A stretch of 61,178 nucleotides of DNA, filler included, from Sphacelaria rigidula (lineage: Eukaryota): assembly GCA_964200075.2 (NCBI GenBank). It is 2 parts of 2 records of this genome, joined end to end, with 100 filler letters (N's around TTAATTAATTAA, not from the genome) between each part and the next. Parts side by side here need not be neighbours in the genome. Positions count along the whole stretch, not along the records: positions 1 to 30,612 come from CAXNAA020000059.1; 1 more part is not named here. One strand, given 5' to 3'. The number at the start of each line of letters is the position of its first letter. Position 1 is the first letter of the stretch. Position numbers and translations under genes: made by a program. Shown piece by piece: positions 1 to 13,500 of the stretch. Below the pieces are notes generated by a model. It worked only from the letters and a program-made list of their open reading frames with translations. It searched no databases and was not told the DNA's origin.

Positions 1-165
1 TTACTTGTGATTCCATTCCTAGCCACGGTCGCGAGGAATGGAATCACAAGTAACCGTGGCTCTCCGCACTTGGGCCGTGAAACCGGGATGGGTGACAACT
101 TCGACGACGTTACCGCTACTGACAGTGATAAGTCGAACAACCGTGGCAGAAGTCCTGTAGCGGCC

Positions 166-228
166 GCGAGTGGTGCAGCAGTAGCGAGTGGTGCAGCAGT
201 AGCGAGTGGTGCAGCAGTAGCGAGTGGG
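166..228 (+). repeat. 18-bp minisatellite (GCGAGTGGTGCAGCAGTA) x about 3.5
   Basis: Direct tandem copies visible in the sequence. Confidence 0.9.
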
Positions 229-619
229 GCTGTCAGTATGGGCAGCACCCGTTCGTCATCAACGAGCTTCTGAGGCACCGCACCGGGCAAGATTGGGCGT
301 GTGAGGTCCGCTCCCTGGTCGGCAGACGAAGAAACTTTGAAATCGGGTGCTCCGGCGGCATCATCGCCGATACCGGGAAGGGTGGGTGACCCGCGCAGGC
401 AGGAAATGTGTGCCGGGGGCACGTCCGTGAGAGCGACCAGGGCGGCGAGCATCAGGAGCATGAAGCCTCGCCAGCCGCGGTCGGGATGGAGAGAGCTGAC
501 AGCGTCATTGACACGAGGGAGCCGGTTCAGGACGATGTTGATGTAATGCATCGGATGCCTTCGCAACATACACCGCGATCTTGGAGGACGAAGAGTTGAG
601 CGATCCTTCGTCCTCCAGC

Positions 620-1800
620 ATCGCGCTTACTGCCCAGGTCCGTCACTCCTTCGTCGGGATGGCCTTCGCCGCCTCGATTCCCGGCTCGCTACCGCTGCGC
701 CAGCACCATTACATCGGGACGGCCTGCACCGTTCCCACGACCTCCTCCGCATCGGTTCCCACACAAAGTGGCCTGTACTCCAACACCGCTGTAGGTTCCG
801 TTGTCCTGTGAACGAACGACCCGTTTCGTCAACAAATATCCACCGGCTCTAGAGCCTTTGCATGAAAACGGAGAACAATCTGGAAATTATCGGGATACCG
901 CCGCCGCGCCGGCGCTCCTACGCCGACACGGTCTGCACCTTCCCGATCCCAGGCACGCTGCCGCTGTGTCGCCACTCTTGCACCAGGACGACCTTCGCCG
1001 CCTGAATCCCCGGTATGCTGCTCCTTATCTTGATTCCGTCCTTACCCCCTAGAGTGGGTTATCCTCCATAGACAGTTTTTCAACATGAACGTCGCTCAAA
1101 TCAGGATTTTTTTGCGTGTTCTTCTCTATTTTCATTCGACTTCTACAGAATCGGTGAATAGTATTTCACGAAACGTGTCGTTCGTTCACAGGACAGTGGC
1201 ACCTACAGCGGTGTTGTGTGTACTCCACTTAGTGTGAGAATCGGGGCGGAGGCAATCGTGGGAGCGGTGGAGGCCGTCCTGGTGTAGGAGTGCCGGCGCG
1301 GCGATAGCGTGCCGGGAATCGAAGCGGCGAAGGCCATCCCGGCGAAGGAGTGGCGGCGCAGTGGCGGTATCCGAGTATCGGGGAATATGCAGGCCGTCCC
1401 GGCGTAGGAGCGCCGGCGCGTCGGCAGCGTGGAGGGGACCACCGCCTCGATTCCCGGCAAGCTGCCGCTGCGCCAGCGCTCCTACTCCAAGACGGCCTGC
1501 ACCTTCCCGGTCCTCGGCACGCCGCTACTATGCAGGCCCTCCTACACCGGCGCGGGCCGCACCTCCCCGATCCCTGGCAAGCTGCCGCTGTGTTGCCACT
1601 CCGGGGCCGGAACCACCTTCGCCACCTCGATACCCGGTATGCTGCTGCTCATCGTGATTCCGTCCTTCCCTCCTAAAGTGGGCTGTCCTCTGTAGTCCGT
1701 TTTCCAACATGTACATCGCTCAAATTAGGATTTACTCACAGATTGTTCTTCATTTTCAATCGAAGATCCCAGAATCGGCGGATATTAGTTGAAACGTGCC
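620..1800. repeat. Compound GC-rich repeat of about 57-60-bp subunits arranged as inverted and direct blocks
   Basis: About 630-830 is the reverse complement of about 1165-1370 (gtcctgtgaacgaacgac / gtcgttcgttcacaggac). About 895-1170 is directly repeated at about 1515-1795. The subunit resembles gccgctgcgccagcgctcctac..gacggcctgcaccttcccg. Confidence 0.8.
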
Positions 1801-4794
1801 ATTCATTGGCAGAAGCTATTTCTCAATTTGTGTGCTGTCCGGCCGACATGGGTTGATACCCGCTTTGTCGGTAGAGGGTTATTGCCGACCGTAGTTTGGT
1901 TCAAAAGCACGGCATTTCGGCTACAGCGTATCGAGCAGGTGGGAATTTCGTTTTTTACAACTGAGCCGTGCGATTGTTCACCACAACAAAAGGAATTGAG
2001 TACCGTACATCGAGGAAGTGTCGGAGAGCCAGGAGCTTGGGCTGTGAACTTGTAGGACCCCCAACGATCCGTTAGCCCGCAGGTCGTCCGAAATTGCCAT
2101 TACAAAGAGGTTCCTCGTTTCGACCTTCGTGTCAGATACTAGTACCTCTGACCCATATTTTCTGCAATCAACCGTTTAACGTGGTGACTGTTGGCAATGG
2201 ACAAAGCCTGAGCGGTACACGCTCCGAGGATCCGACACACTTATACCCTGCACTTTTCTTCTGCAGTGATACACATCCCTCCTATGGAGGTGTGGAGTAG
2301 GTATGATAATCAGGTTGGGGACGAAAGGGTACAGAAAATGGACACGAGGACGGGGGAGAATGAAGAGGGGGGGGAGCGATGCTGGTGGTACGATATCGTT
2401 TCCATAGAACAATGATGCATGCGTTGAAAACAACACGCAAGCAACATAGTTTTACGGGAAGGATGCCATAACCCCAAGACTTCTCCTCCCTATTTTCGCC
2501 CCCACCTGTCGCCGTGTCCACTACCTGTAGGATTTCCCCCCCGATCTGTTGATCATGCCTGCAGCACACCTCACTAGGAGGGATGTGCAGCAGCGCATTA
2601 TAAAAACACAGGGCACAAGTGAATCGAGATCATGGAGCATGTACAGTCCAAGCTCGTCTGTTCACAAGAGTCATGACCGTACATGTTCGTCCCTGAAGAT
2701 AAGGATCGAGGGGTATGAGTACCTGAAGCGATTTCCAAAGCAGAAACCGTATATGTGATTATTTTTCAACAGCTTACGGGCTAAGCGGTCGTCGGGAGTG
2801 TTACGAGTGCACAGCCTCGGGCTCTGGCTCTTGGACACCCCCGTTCGACCCATCTAATCCCTATATTTATGGTAAGCAATCGTGGGGGTCGATTTTTTTT
2901 GTTTTTTTCCGGTCCACGTTGAGCAACAGCGAGCATACAGTGTTTTTTTAGCATGGTACGGGAAAGAACACCCCCGACGGAACGTTTTTTTTGCCCCGTT
3001 TTGGTCCGACAACACAAAAATGGAGATGTATTTCCCTGTGAATTCGCGAGCCCCTTTTTTCTACCAATATCTACTTCTGGAGCTTTGGGAGAACGCCATA
3101 CTGAAACGAGGGTAACGCGCAAGGCGATCGTCGGCGCACTATGATAGCATGTCGAAGGAAAATATATTATTCAGATCAGATACCGTCACGTCGATTCTGA
3201 ACAAGAACCGAGAGTCGTTCTTCTCAAACATCCGATAGGGAAAAAGGTAAAAAAATCTTATCCGCAGGCAAGTACGACAAAGATCAGCACGTGATGAATC
3301 AAACGATATCACGAAATACAATATAGTTCCCTCGATGATCAAGAGGGATCGTTTGAAAAATGATCATCTCCACTTGATTTTATCTGATAATGGCGAGCGC
3401 AAAAGAGCAGACAGAACTGAATCACGAATGGAGAACAATTAATTGGGGTTTCTATTTGATGAGCGGCAGAAACGGTATGCAGCGCATCGTAGACTGTTCA
3501 GTCTCTTCTTTCTGGTTCGAAAATGGCATAAGACTAGGCAGGAAGCAATCTCGATTCACCGAATGGACCACAATCCGGTTACTTCGCCTGGCGGTCAAGA
3601 GATGCACCATAACAAGCAATCATGATGCTTGGGGTAAATCGTTACACAGGGTGAGAATCGCGAAAAACGTCGCACACCATCACAGCCCGCGCCGCGAGAC
3701 GAACCCCAACCACGACTAGAAACTACGGCGGTGTACATGGGCCGTCACCACTTCAAAGCTGTGCACGGTGGTGGTGTGGACGTGCGCCACAATAACGGTG
3801 TGGTGATGTTCATGCGTGAAGCAGGGATTTATGCTTCCCGCACCAAGTACATGGCAGAATATACCTGACTAACATTGCATCTTGACCGCCTGCCGTTACG
3901 CATACTGGGAGTCGCAGAGGTGCCTTCATGGCGATTAGCCAACACCTCATCAGCTAGCCGAGAGGCAGAAAGCGTAGGAGTACCTAGAAAGCAACAAGAT
4001 ATGGGGCAGACGAGAGAATGTTCGCGTGAACCAGCCATGCGACGGTGTACCAGAAAGACATCGTATTTCGACCAAACCAGCTACTATGTTGTTTTCGTAC
4101 AAGGAACATGGAATGTCGTTCCAAGCATGGTCCTTCGTTTGGTTACTTTTTTGTGCCAAGTTCCTCTCGCCTGTGCGGTTATTTTTAGCTACTACGTGTC
4201 ATATGGGTCTCAATATTTGTTGGTATGTCGGCAGAGTTCGTGCTTTTCCTTAGAATGCCCGACGCTGTCATGACAGTCTCGATCCTTGCGTTTTCTTCGT
4301 CATTCCTTACTTACAGTAGCCTGTGCACTCCATTTTCGGTATATGAATTCCTCCGTGGGCCTCACTGATCAGAAAACGGGTACTTTTTACTCCTTGGCGG
4401 TCAAAATAATCCACTCTTGAACGGGAACAACTTTTTCCAACTTTTTCGTGGCCATTCGGTGCCGACTTTATCCTCGGTCATTGTGCACCCACGTTCGTTG
4501 AAAGACTCTTCATATCGGGCGAGATACCGACAGGTGTTGCCACTGTAGCACTCGTGCATATTTGGGGCTCTAGGAGAGGTGACACAGATGGTAGTTTTTG
4601 TATCGACGAACGCTTTGATAGACAACCTCTCAAAATAAACACACGTGAACCCTGGGCAGAATCTTAGCACGGCGACCTTCAAGAAAGTGAAGCGGCTAGC
4701 CACAAAGAGGTCCAGAGCAGACAAAACCCTTGACTCAAACTGCTGATAACACTATCTTTTCCCACGTCTTCGGCCACAACATGTGTACGCTACG

Positions 4795-5765
4795 TTGTAG
4801 ATCGAACCGATACTTCGACAGTATGAAGAATGCACACTCCACACAAAACGGTAACTTTGTGAGGCATGTAAACTTTACCCATGAGGATAATGGTGACCGT
4901 TGCTGCACGCATCAGAGAGTACGATAAGGTTTGTTTTGAGTACAACACATCATCGTCATACCCGCTTCGGCCAGTTTGTCAACCTCGGAACAAATTCTCG
5001 ACAAAGTTTCTCACCTCCATTTCGACGTATGGGATCAACACCGGGGATGCACAAAACTGCGATTACCGCCCTGCAGTAGCCGCCGGTAATGGTAGGGTTA
5101 CCAAACGTCCCGAAAGTGATAGCTGCCAGTCGTCGGTCTCTTGCGTTGCCGAAAGCCAGAGACTTACGTGCATAATGATCGTACGCGATCAAAGTCGAAG
5201 AGGTTACGAGAGTGGTGATCCGGCGTCAAGACACCAAAGTGCAAGGTAAATACCTGGAGAGAATGGGCTGAGTCCGCAGCCTTTCCGACTCAGCCCATTC
5301 TCCCCAGGTATTTAACTTGCACTTTGGTGTCTTAACGCCGGATCACCACTCTCGTACCCTCTTCGACTTTGATCGTGTTCAATCGTTTTGCACGTAAATC
5401 TCAGGCTCTCGTCAGCGCTCGAGACCATGGACTGGCTGCTGCCACTTTCGGGACGTTCGGTCACCCGACCATTGCCGGCGGCTGCTGCAGGGCGGTAATC
5501 CTTGTTGGTTGCATCTCCGGTGTTTACCTGGTGCGTCGAAATCGAGGTGAGAGGCTGTGCCGAGAATTTTGTCGGGGTTGACAAACTGACCGAAGCGGGT
5601 ATGACGATGATGTGTTGTACTCAAAACAAACCTTATCGTACTCTCCGATGCGTGCAGCAACGGTCACCAATATCCTCATGGGTGCAGTTTACATGCCTCA
5701 CAAGGTTACCGTTTTGTGTGGAGTGTGCATTCTTTATACTGTCGAAGTATCGGTTCGATCTACAA
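4795..5765. mobile_element. About 970-bp near-perfect palindrome (foldback element / large MITE)
   Basis: Starts ttgtagatcgaaccgatacttcgacagtat and ends atactgtcgaagtatcggttcgatctacaa. The arms pair to a loop of about 12 nt near 5280 (gaatgggctgagtc..gactcagcccattc), with scattered mismatches. Confidence 0.9.
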
Positions 5766-7079
5766 GGTGGGGGGGGCGCATGGCAAAATAAGTATGACAA
5801 GAGGTATGCCGGTGAAGAGACACGGGCGGAGGGCAGGAGTGTTGGGGCAACTGATAAAACTGAGGTACTCGATATATATATATATATATACATTTTTTCG
5901 CACTTTGAACCCCGTCCCTTCCTCGGGACGAGTCCGTGGTCTTAAAGGATCAACCCATCTCTCCCCGGCACTGATATTCACATGACAGTAGCTTGGACGA
6001 TGCCCCCTTGATGAACAGTGTGTGGGTCCGGCAGTAGGCAAGCAATACGTTGTGGAAAAGGAAGTGAGGAAGTCGCCTATAATGTGAGTAGCATATGATC
6101 TTATATCGCAGTGTGCTCGTTCTATTGTCCCCGCTTTGTATCTCTCCGATCTGCCATAGCCGGACTGCATCGCAATATCGATTTCTCCCCCACGGACGGT
6201 TGTTCTATCGCCGCTATACTCTCTCCCAAATAGTAACCTCGTGGCGTGTTCGGTGGTGCTTCGGTTTCAGGATAAAACAATAGTACTGCAAAGCCATAAC
6301 TCTGCAACCTACAGCTTCACATTCTGGTGGAGATCACCAGTGAAATTGCAATGCCTCTAACTGTACAAGCGGGAGAGCTGGCACGTTCTCCTTCCTCCCG
6401 ACTTTGCACTCTGGTCTTGATCAACATTGATGAGGGACATTGATCAAGACCAGCTTCCCATACTGCACACATGAAAATCTTGCGCTCTCCCCTTTCCGGC
6501 GGTGTGCGGGGGGGGGGCTGTCGATGATCGTTGGCGTCCCGACGATCATCAACAAGCGCACCCAAATAGTCCCGCCAACCAATGGAGGCGCCATGATGGT
6601 GCTGTTGAACAGACGGTAGCACATGGGCCAGGAGACAAGGGCACGGGCACATGTAGGCATCAATTTTCAGTAAGGGAAACTGCTCTTGCTTGAGCCTCAC
6701 TCCGTGTCTGCCGCAACCGTACGTACTCTGCTGAGGGTCATCTACTCACAACACGTTCAGTCGTGCTACACTCTATCTCCGATCTTAATCGTGTGTTTTC
6801 ACGCCTCTTCACGTCTTGAAAATATAACTGCCCCGCGTGGTGCCCCCCCCTTCCCCCCCCCCAAGGGTTGGCTTCGGTTTGCAACGACAGCCTCAAACAC
6901 ACACCACTGACTATGTAGGCTAGGTAACCAGATTACCGTTTTATGTTTCGCACGCACTTTTTTCGCGGTAACCATGTGGTGGTGGAGCCAGAACCTATGG
7001 TACGGGGTGAGAGAGCCTCGACTCCGCGCAAAGGAGATGATCGCACCGCCTAGTGTTGATATGGTGAGACACCCACAAG

Positions 7080-7560
7080 GCAGTGTATAACCCGTGGCTG
7101 TCTCTGAAAGTGGCGATACCAGAAAATGAAGCAACTCATTGAAGACCGTCATCCATACGCAAGATAACTAGTGCCCTCTGGGCCGAAGAATCTAAACAGG
7201 ATGCAGGTCACTCCTCCTGCCACTCGCTAAACACATCATGGCGCTTGGTGATTGCTTGCAAGCCTGGTCCGGCGAAAACCCGGTGTGCTCCGTCCCGGTC
7301 TTGTAGGGATGCGAGGCCAGTGGTCTCATGATAACATCATACAAGATCATGAGCACACCTCCACACCATCGCCCCCCTCCAGTATTTGCAGGTATGCGAG
7401 GTCGATGGTCATTGTGACGACGGTACGCAAGATCATGAGTACACCCCCAGTACTTTTTGAGGTGTCTATAAGAGGTAGGAACGGTGCTCCGTCTCAAAAG
7501 GGATGCGTTGTCAATGGTTGAATGACTAAGGCAAGCAACAAAATGAGTACGCCCTCCCCC
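7080..7560 (+). repeat. Interspersed repeat ending in ATGAGTAC plus C-rich tract; relatives at 30160-30440 (-) and 41987-42100 (+)
   Basis: gcctggtccggcgaaaaccc..gtgctccgtcccgg..tgtagggatgcgagg is shared with 30160-30440 (reverse). gtaggaacg.tgctccgtct..agggatgcgt.gtcaatggt..gactaaggcaagca..atgagtacg is shared with 41987-42070. Confidence 0.8.
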
Positions 7561-10500
7561 AGTATTCATGTGTTTCGGACTTTTACCAGGCCATACTGTA
7601 CTAGTGTGGTTCGCCTACATACCTCGATCAGGACCAGCCGTTGCAAGTGCACCAGTCATATATTTGTAGTGGGCAATATTTCGGGAGAACATTGTTCTTA
7701 GTAGTAGGAGTATTACAAAAGTAGTGGACAGGATTGGAGGGACGCCAACAGAAAAAATCACAAATGGGCCTTAACTTTTTGTGTGCATCATTTTTCTATT
7801 TTTTGTCGCTGGTCACCGACCGCGGGGACCTTTGGGTTCGTCCGAGCTACCTATCGTTGTTTGAAGTCGACCCATGAACGCTCGAGTTACGCCCGTTCAT
7901 GTATCCACTCGCACTAACAATGTTTGCCCGTGTTAGAGTGTCTTACAACATTCATGCTTCAGAGCGATACCTTTCAACTCGAATGCGAGGAAAGGTTCAA
8001 GCTTCGGAGCAACTCATACCGCCAGTCTTCCTCCACGCACGAAACGTTCACGCCTATGGTAGGCATTCTCCGGCATTATAATAGTCTCATCACACAATAT
8101 ATGATTAACGGGAGGGTTGAGGGTGAGAGGAAACAGCCTCATCCGGCTGCAGGCAGGAGGACAAGAACAGTACACTTTTGGGGCACAACGATATGACCTG
8201 GAATCAGTTTCAAGGGTAAAATCCCGGCCAATACCACACCTTTTCAACTCATGATGTTTAGAATCTTGAAACACCTAAATTCGACAGCGTGGGAAGCCGA
8301 AGCGTGTTGGGTACAACCGACCGCGGATACAATGGTTCCAGGATTGGAGCCTCATGTTTTTCTGTCATCAACTGAAGTGATGAAGACAGGCGTACTATGG
8401 ACCCAACGTCAGCTAGGGACAAAACACCAACACGTTTCAACGGAGTATCCATGGAGGACAGATTGCCGTTTTAGTTGCATCTCGGGGGTCACTTCCTACT
8501 GTTCTACCGTCCAGACCTGGACGATACTCGCTTTAGTCAACGCACCCCGAACCCGTACCACGACCCTTCCTCGTGGGAACGATGTGTCGGGTTCAATTCG
8601 TCAATACCAGGTTACTACTTGGGTCCTGGAGGATGACGCTCCCTTCTACGTGCTCGGGTAAGTCGAGGTAGATGAGAAGTAAGGGTGACCGAGGGTAGGA
8701 TATGTGGTTCGCATCCAAGGCTTTGAAGGGGAAGCGGGAATAGAGGGATGGGGAGAAATATTTGCGGAAGCAAACCGTGGAGGGCAAAGGGGGTGTCATG
8801 TGTACGAAATGAAGGGTATCATTTTGGTTCAACAGCACAGAGAGTAGGTAGTACTAAGAGTAAAATAGAATATTCAAAGCAAACGTAGAAAAAGCCATCT
8901 ATAGGGACCCGAGAGCGGTGGAGGGACTCAGGAGCTCACGTTTGAAGACGAAGAAACGCCTAAACTCGCTGCATTTGGAACGTGAAAAAAAAGTGGACCA
9001 TAGAGAAGTTGAGAAAAAATCTCAAGCAAGGATTTGACAAAAAAAAAGTCGGAAGAAAAGACAGACGGAAAGCGCAGAACAGACCGGAAATCCGTCACGA
9101 AAAAGTGTCACTTTAGCTGAAGGCGAGGAAAAACATCGTTCGGGAGGCATAACAACAGTAGCTTAGGGCAAGTCGCCGTTCTCCGTGACGATAGTATTAA
9201 TACTGAAGTTGTCGTGCCCTGTCTGAAAAGGCTGACTCCCACCTGTGCTCTGTTACACTACCTTCAAACGACTGCTTTCAAGAGAGTGTGAGGGCATTGT
9301 CGGTGTTCTGACCTCCGTTTAAAAGATTCTTGTCGGTGATCATGCGATCCGGTGAGGTAAATACCGCCTATTCTTGAGATTCAGCATATGTCCATGTTTT
9401 TGTTGTATTTCATTTTTTTGCACTCGGTTCTACACACACGACAATTTTTTACAGCATTGCATTCTTCGACACTTGGTTCTGTACGCATGCCCACGAATTC
9501 CTTTCGGTACTTGTGTGGATTCTGAAAGATAGGAGGGGAAGCGCGCCCACACGTGCACGTCGAGGACTCATCATATTTTCGCATTGGCGATACCATAGCG
9601 TGCCTCTGTGTGCTGCATGAGCGGGAGGCCCCGGGTTTAAATCATGGTCCCCACCAACGCGACGAAGTGAGAGATACATCAAAGTTCAGCGGGCGGCAAA
9701 TAGTCATGAAATTGCTGAGGGAAAATAAAGACTGGCAGATGAATAGCAAGCACAGTTCACACAACCACGGACGAGTCTTCTCCGGAGGTTGTTGGCTTGG
9801 CTACCGAACACACGTAAGATATACGAATAAAACGTGCACAAATATTTTTACCGATAGCCTGCGGGAAGAAAACCTCGTCAACGCTTTACCGCCAAGTAAC
9901 GCCCGACGTTATTCATTAAGGGAGAAGGCGGTGTGGATACTACCATGTAGAGGGGACATATTTACAGAGGCAAGCGTCCGTCGAGGCCTCGTTACCCTTT
10001 CACACATACGAAGTGTGCCTCTTCACATGTCGATGGATGATTATTGAACCTCTCTACACCTGACTCTTACCAGCTGTCAAGGAATACCTGTTACATGTTT
10101 CGACGCTTGCTTCTTTGCAAGTGTCGAGAACGATCTGCTGACAGGCTGGTAGATGTGGTGGTTTTTGCGGTGGTCGTTGGTTCAACATCCATGTGCTGGT
10201 GCAAGTAAGACGGGACAACAATATACAAAGGCTACACATCCACCTCGGAAGTAAGGCTCATAGACACACGCCACACAAGGGGTACTGTATCTCAAACTCG
10301 AGGTTCCGGGCATAATTAATTGTAACTTCCGGCTATATATACCGGGAGGCTCGAGTTTAAGATATCTCTACAGACGCACAATAGCTACACCACTGGCCCT
10401 TGCGCATATGCACACAGAAGTCTTGGTTGTACAGAAATCGGTAACTTCGTGAGTTGAAGTATGCTGGAACGGATTCGAAATTCAGCAAGTTCACAAGGAC

Positions 10501-13500
10501 TAGCTAAAGCAATACATCGTCCATCGAATGTGCGACGCAGATCTGTAGCTAGGTTCACAGATGCTGAGGCTATTACGGTGGTCGGTCGAACATACTACAG
10601 CTGATGCAAGGACCCTCAAATTGAACATGAACAGCATTAGAACGAAATTTTGTTCAATCTGCATACACGTTCGGCGATGCCGTGGTCCGAGCAGTTGTCG
10701 CTGAGGTAGGATTCACGCGACTTCGTCGAACGCATATGTTGGATACCTTCCGGATATTTCGGACCCCAACACCCTGAACTCTGACTCCAAGCCACGGTGT
10801 AACGAGTACACCCGGGCAAGGCGTTGCGTACGGTATACTAGACAAAGTATGCGCTGTTCGAGTGCGAATCGGCGCCTCTAGACATGAGCCGACTTGACCA
10901 AAAACGCGTGCTGCTCACGCTTGAAGCACCTGGGATCGTCAGGCTTCTATGGACCTGAACATGTTGGTTTTAGATTGACGTCAGGCATGTTTCAGCCGTG
11001 GAAATCTGACAACCCCCTCGCGTAAAGTTTATGTAGTCATTGGTACGAAATCTTTGCGCTGGTGCCAGAAAGGCGTGGCAAGGGAACGCGTAACGTATAA
11101 CGCTGACCCCCAAAAGGCACGCACAGAAACCCGCCACAATTTCTAGTTCCTCTCTATTAATTCTCGATCGCTCCCTACTACCGAAACCATTCGAGGAGCC
11201 TTGGATGCGGACCTTATCTTCAACCTCTGAACACATTTGACTATACCCTGCCTCGGCTATCCCGCTCAGCCACCTTGTACATATATGCAATTTTTCAATG
11301 CTCCGACACTTAGTTCTACTAATATTATATTCCTCAAAAAAGCGTCGACAAAATTTCCGAAATCGTTCGAGTTGATTTCTAACCAACGTCGAGGTTTGGT
11401 TCGAAGATACTTACTCATGACCGATTTCGAGTCGTCGAAGCTCGGGGGGTAGTGCTCTGGGCCATTTTTAAGGTCGATTTAGATACCAGGCAATTCTCGA
11501 CTGATTTCGAGCCATTGACTCGTGGCCAACTTCCCTTACTCATGTACCAAGTAGAAACTAGGAAATAGTCGCTAGTCCCTAATTTGAGAGAGAAAGATAA
11601 TGTGATTTTCACAAATAAAGACCCTGGTCGCCGCGGCTGCTCTGTTATAGTAAGGGCCCTTGTATAATCAGGAGGCGCGGAGTTAACGGAGGGCAAATTA
11701 GGGTAGAGCACAGTGCTCGGGACGGCCGAGGGTCACAGCGGGAAAAGACAAAAAATAAGGAGCAGGAATTGTGCAGACATTTCCCTAAACCAGTAAGTGC
11801 TCACCGGTTCAGAGGTCAAATGCTTATTGTAATTTATGAACAGGAGGAACCTGTGCTGCTTGAAATTGAAGCGCGCAGTTAAATCGTGTGGTCTCGACCG
11901 TCACAACAGGTTGCTGGTCTCACAACCATTCACGAACCTGTTCCACATAAATGTCTGTTGTTGACCCAACCACATGTCTCTTCATAATATCACCTTTATA
12001 TCATCGTGATCCTGAGCGTCGTCGTTGTGTCTCTCCCGTGTCTCTACATGCGATAGCTGTCTTCTCTCCCGTTTGTAGTACTTCACAGTAGCTACATACC
12101 CCTCGGCGAGATTAAGCACGAAGAACGATCCACCTTCTCCCGTCCACTGGACAAAAGTGGAGCGCTACCGTGATACACTCTGCTGCAGTCAATGTTGATG
12201 GATTTCCAAAAATCTATTTTTTCCGCATATGTGGCTCGCGTTGCTCCCAACCTGACCTGAGGCTGGTTATGAATGAGGTCGATGGCGCGTCTCTTTCTCT
12301 CTGTCGCTCTGTGAGGAGGATGCCGTTACAAATATCTTAGTATTCCGCCGCACTTTCACCGCGGCAGGCGTTTCTGCGAGACCAATGACGCGCCACAGAC
12401 TCCCCGCGTGACTTTTTGGCGATATTCACTTTTCCGATCCATCCATTTTCGGCGCCGATCGGCGCGTTTCCCAAGTTTAATGATATGGCCACTTTTGCCT
12501 CTATAGCAAATCTTTGGCCTTTCGGAGTGATGGCCGCTGACTCGGCCAGCCATGTTGAGTAAACCCATGATTCAAGACTCCTCAAATCTTCCTTCACGAC
12601 TTCAGCACTTCCTTGTACAGTCCGCGCAAGAAGCAGCCTTGTGCGTATCCAGCGTGATGTACGATATAGCCATCTACAGCCCAATGCGCAAGTACCAATG
12701 ACACAATACATATCAACATATACACAAGTGCAGCGCGCTGGATAGCTATATATGTGTGGAGTGGTTAGTGGTTGATACCACAGAGGGAGGCAAGAGGCAA
12801 GCACGAGCGTTGTGTGGATATTTGGCGATGCATCGTTTTTCGGAAACGGCTTTGAAGAAGGCAGAAACACCATGACGAAAGAGTGGTATTACTTCTATAT
12901 TTAGCTGATATCCTCCTTTGTTCTCGCCCTCGCTCTGTGGGTGGTCAATATCATTTGGCGTCCGAATCGATTGATGGCTTGATGAAATTTACTTACCCCC
13001 CACAGCGGCTCAACCGATCCCGGGTCGGGTAGACTTGCATAGGACTGATGCCATGCTCCAATTTGTAGCATATTCTATGCCCGGTCACAACGCGATTTAT
13101 TGCTTTGGGATCAAGTCATGGCGACAAGGACGACAGCCGAGGTATGCACTAATGGATCGAAACAAGAAGAAAAAAGAGAGAAAGAAGGTGAATAAAATAC
13201 CACCAGACCAATCAGACCTAGTACACAGTACAATAGTACCCCATTCATTCGCCGTCGACGGCACGGCACGACTGCGCCAAACACAGTTATTATTTGGTGT
13301 CTGAAGTCATTTGATATGCAAACGCATTTTTCCCCCTGGGCTTTTCACCCTCCTAAGTTTTTCTTCCATTATGTTAATGACTCTCTCTCTCCCCCTTCCC
13401 CCCGTCCCTCGTCCCCCTTTTGATATGGCTGTTTCCTTTCATGGCTTCCCATTCTGTTTTTGAGTGCCACTTCGTACACTTGTTTGTCTTTTTAAATCTT

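Noticed and set aside
166-1800. CRISPR-like array
   Set aside because: Repeats are contiguous with no unique spacers, no cas genes, and the context is eukaryotic.
9381-12873. Scattered minus-strand ORFs, some Cys-rich, possibly a decayed transposase or retroelement
   Set aside because: No recognisable RT, integrase or DDE motif and no consistent splice model; needs a translated search.
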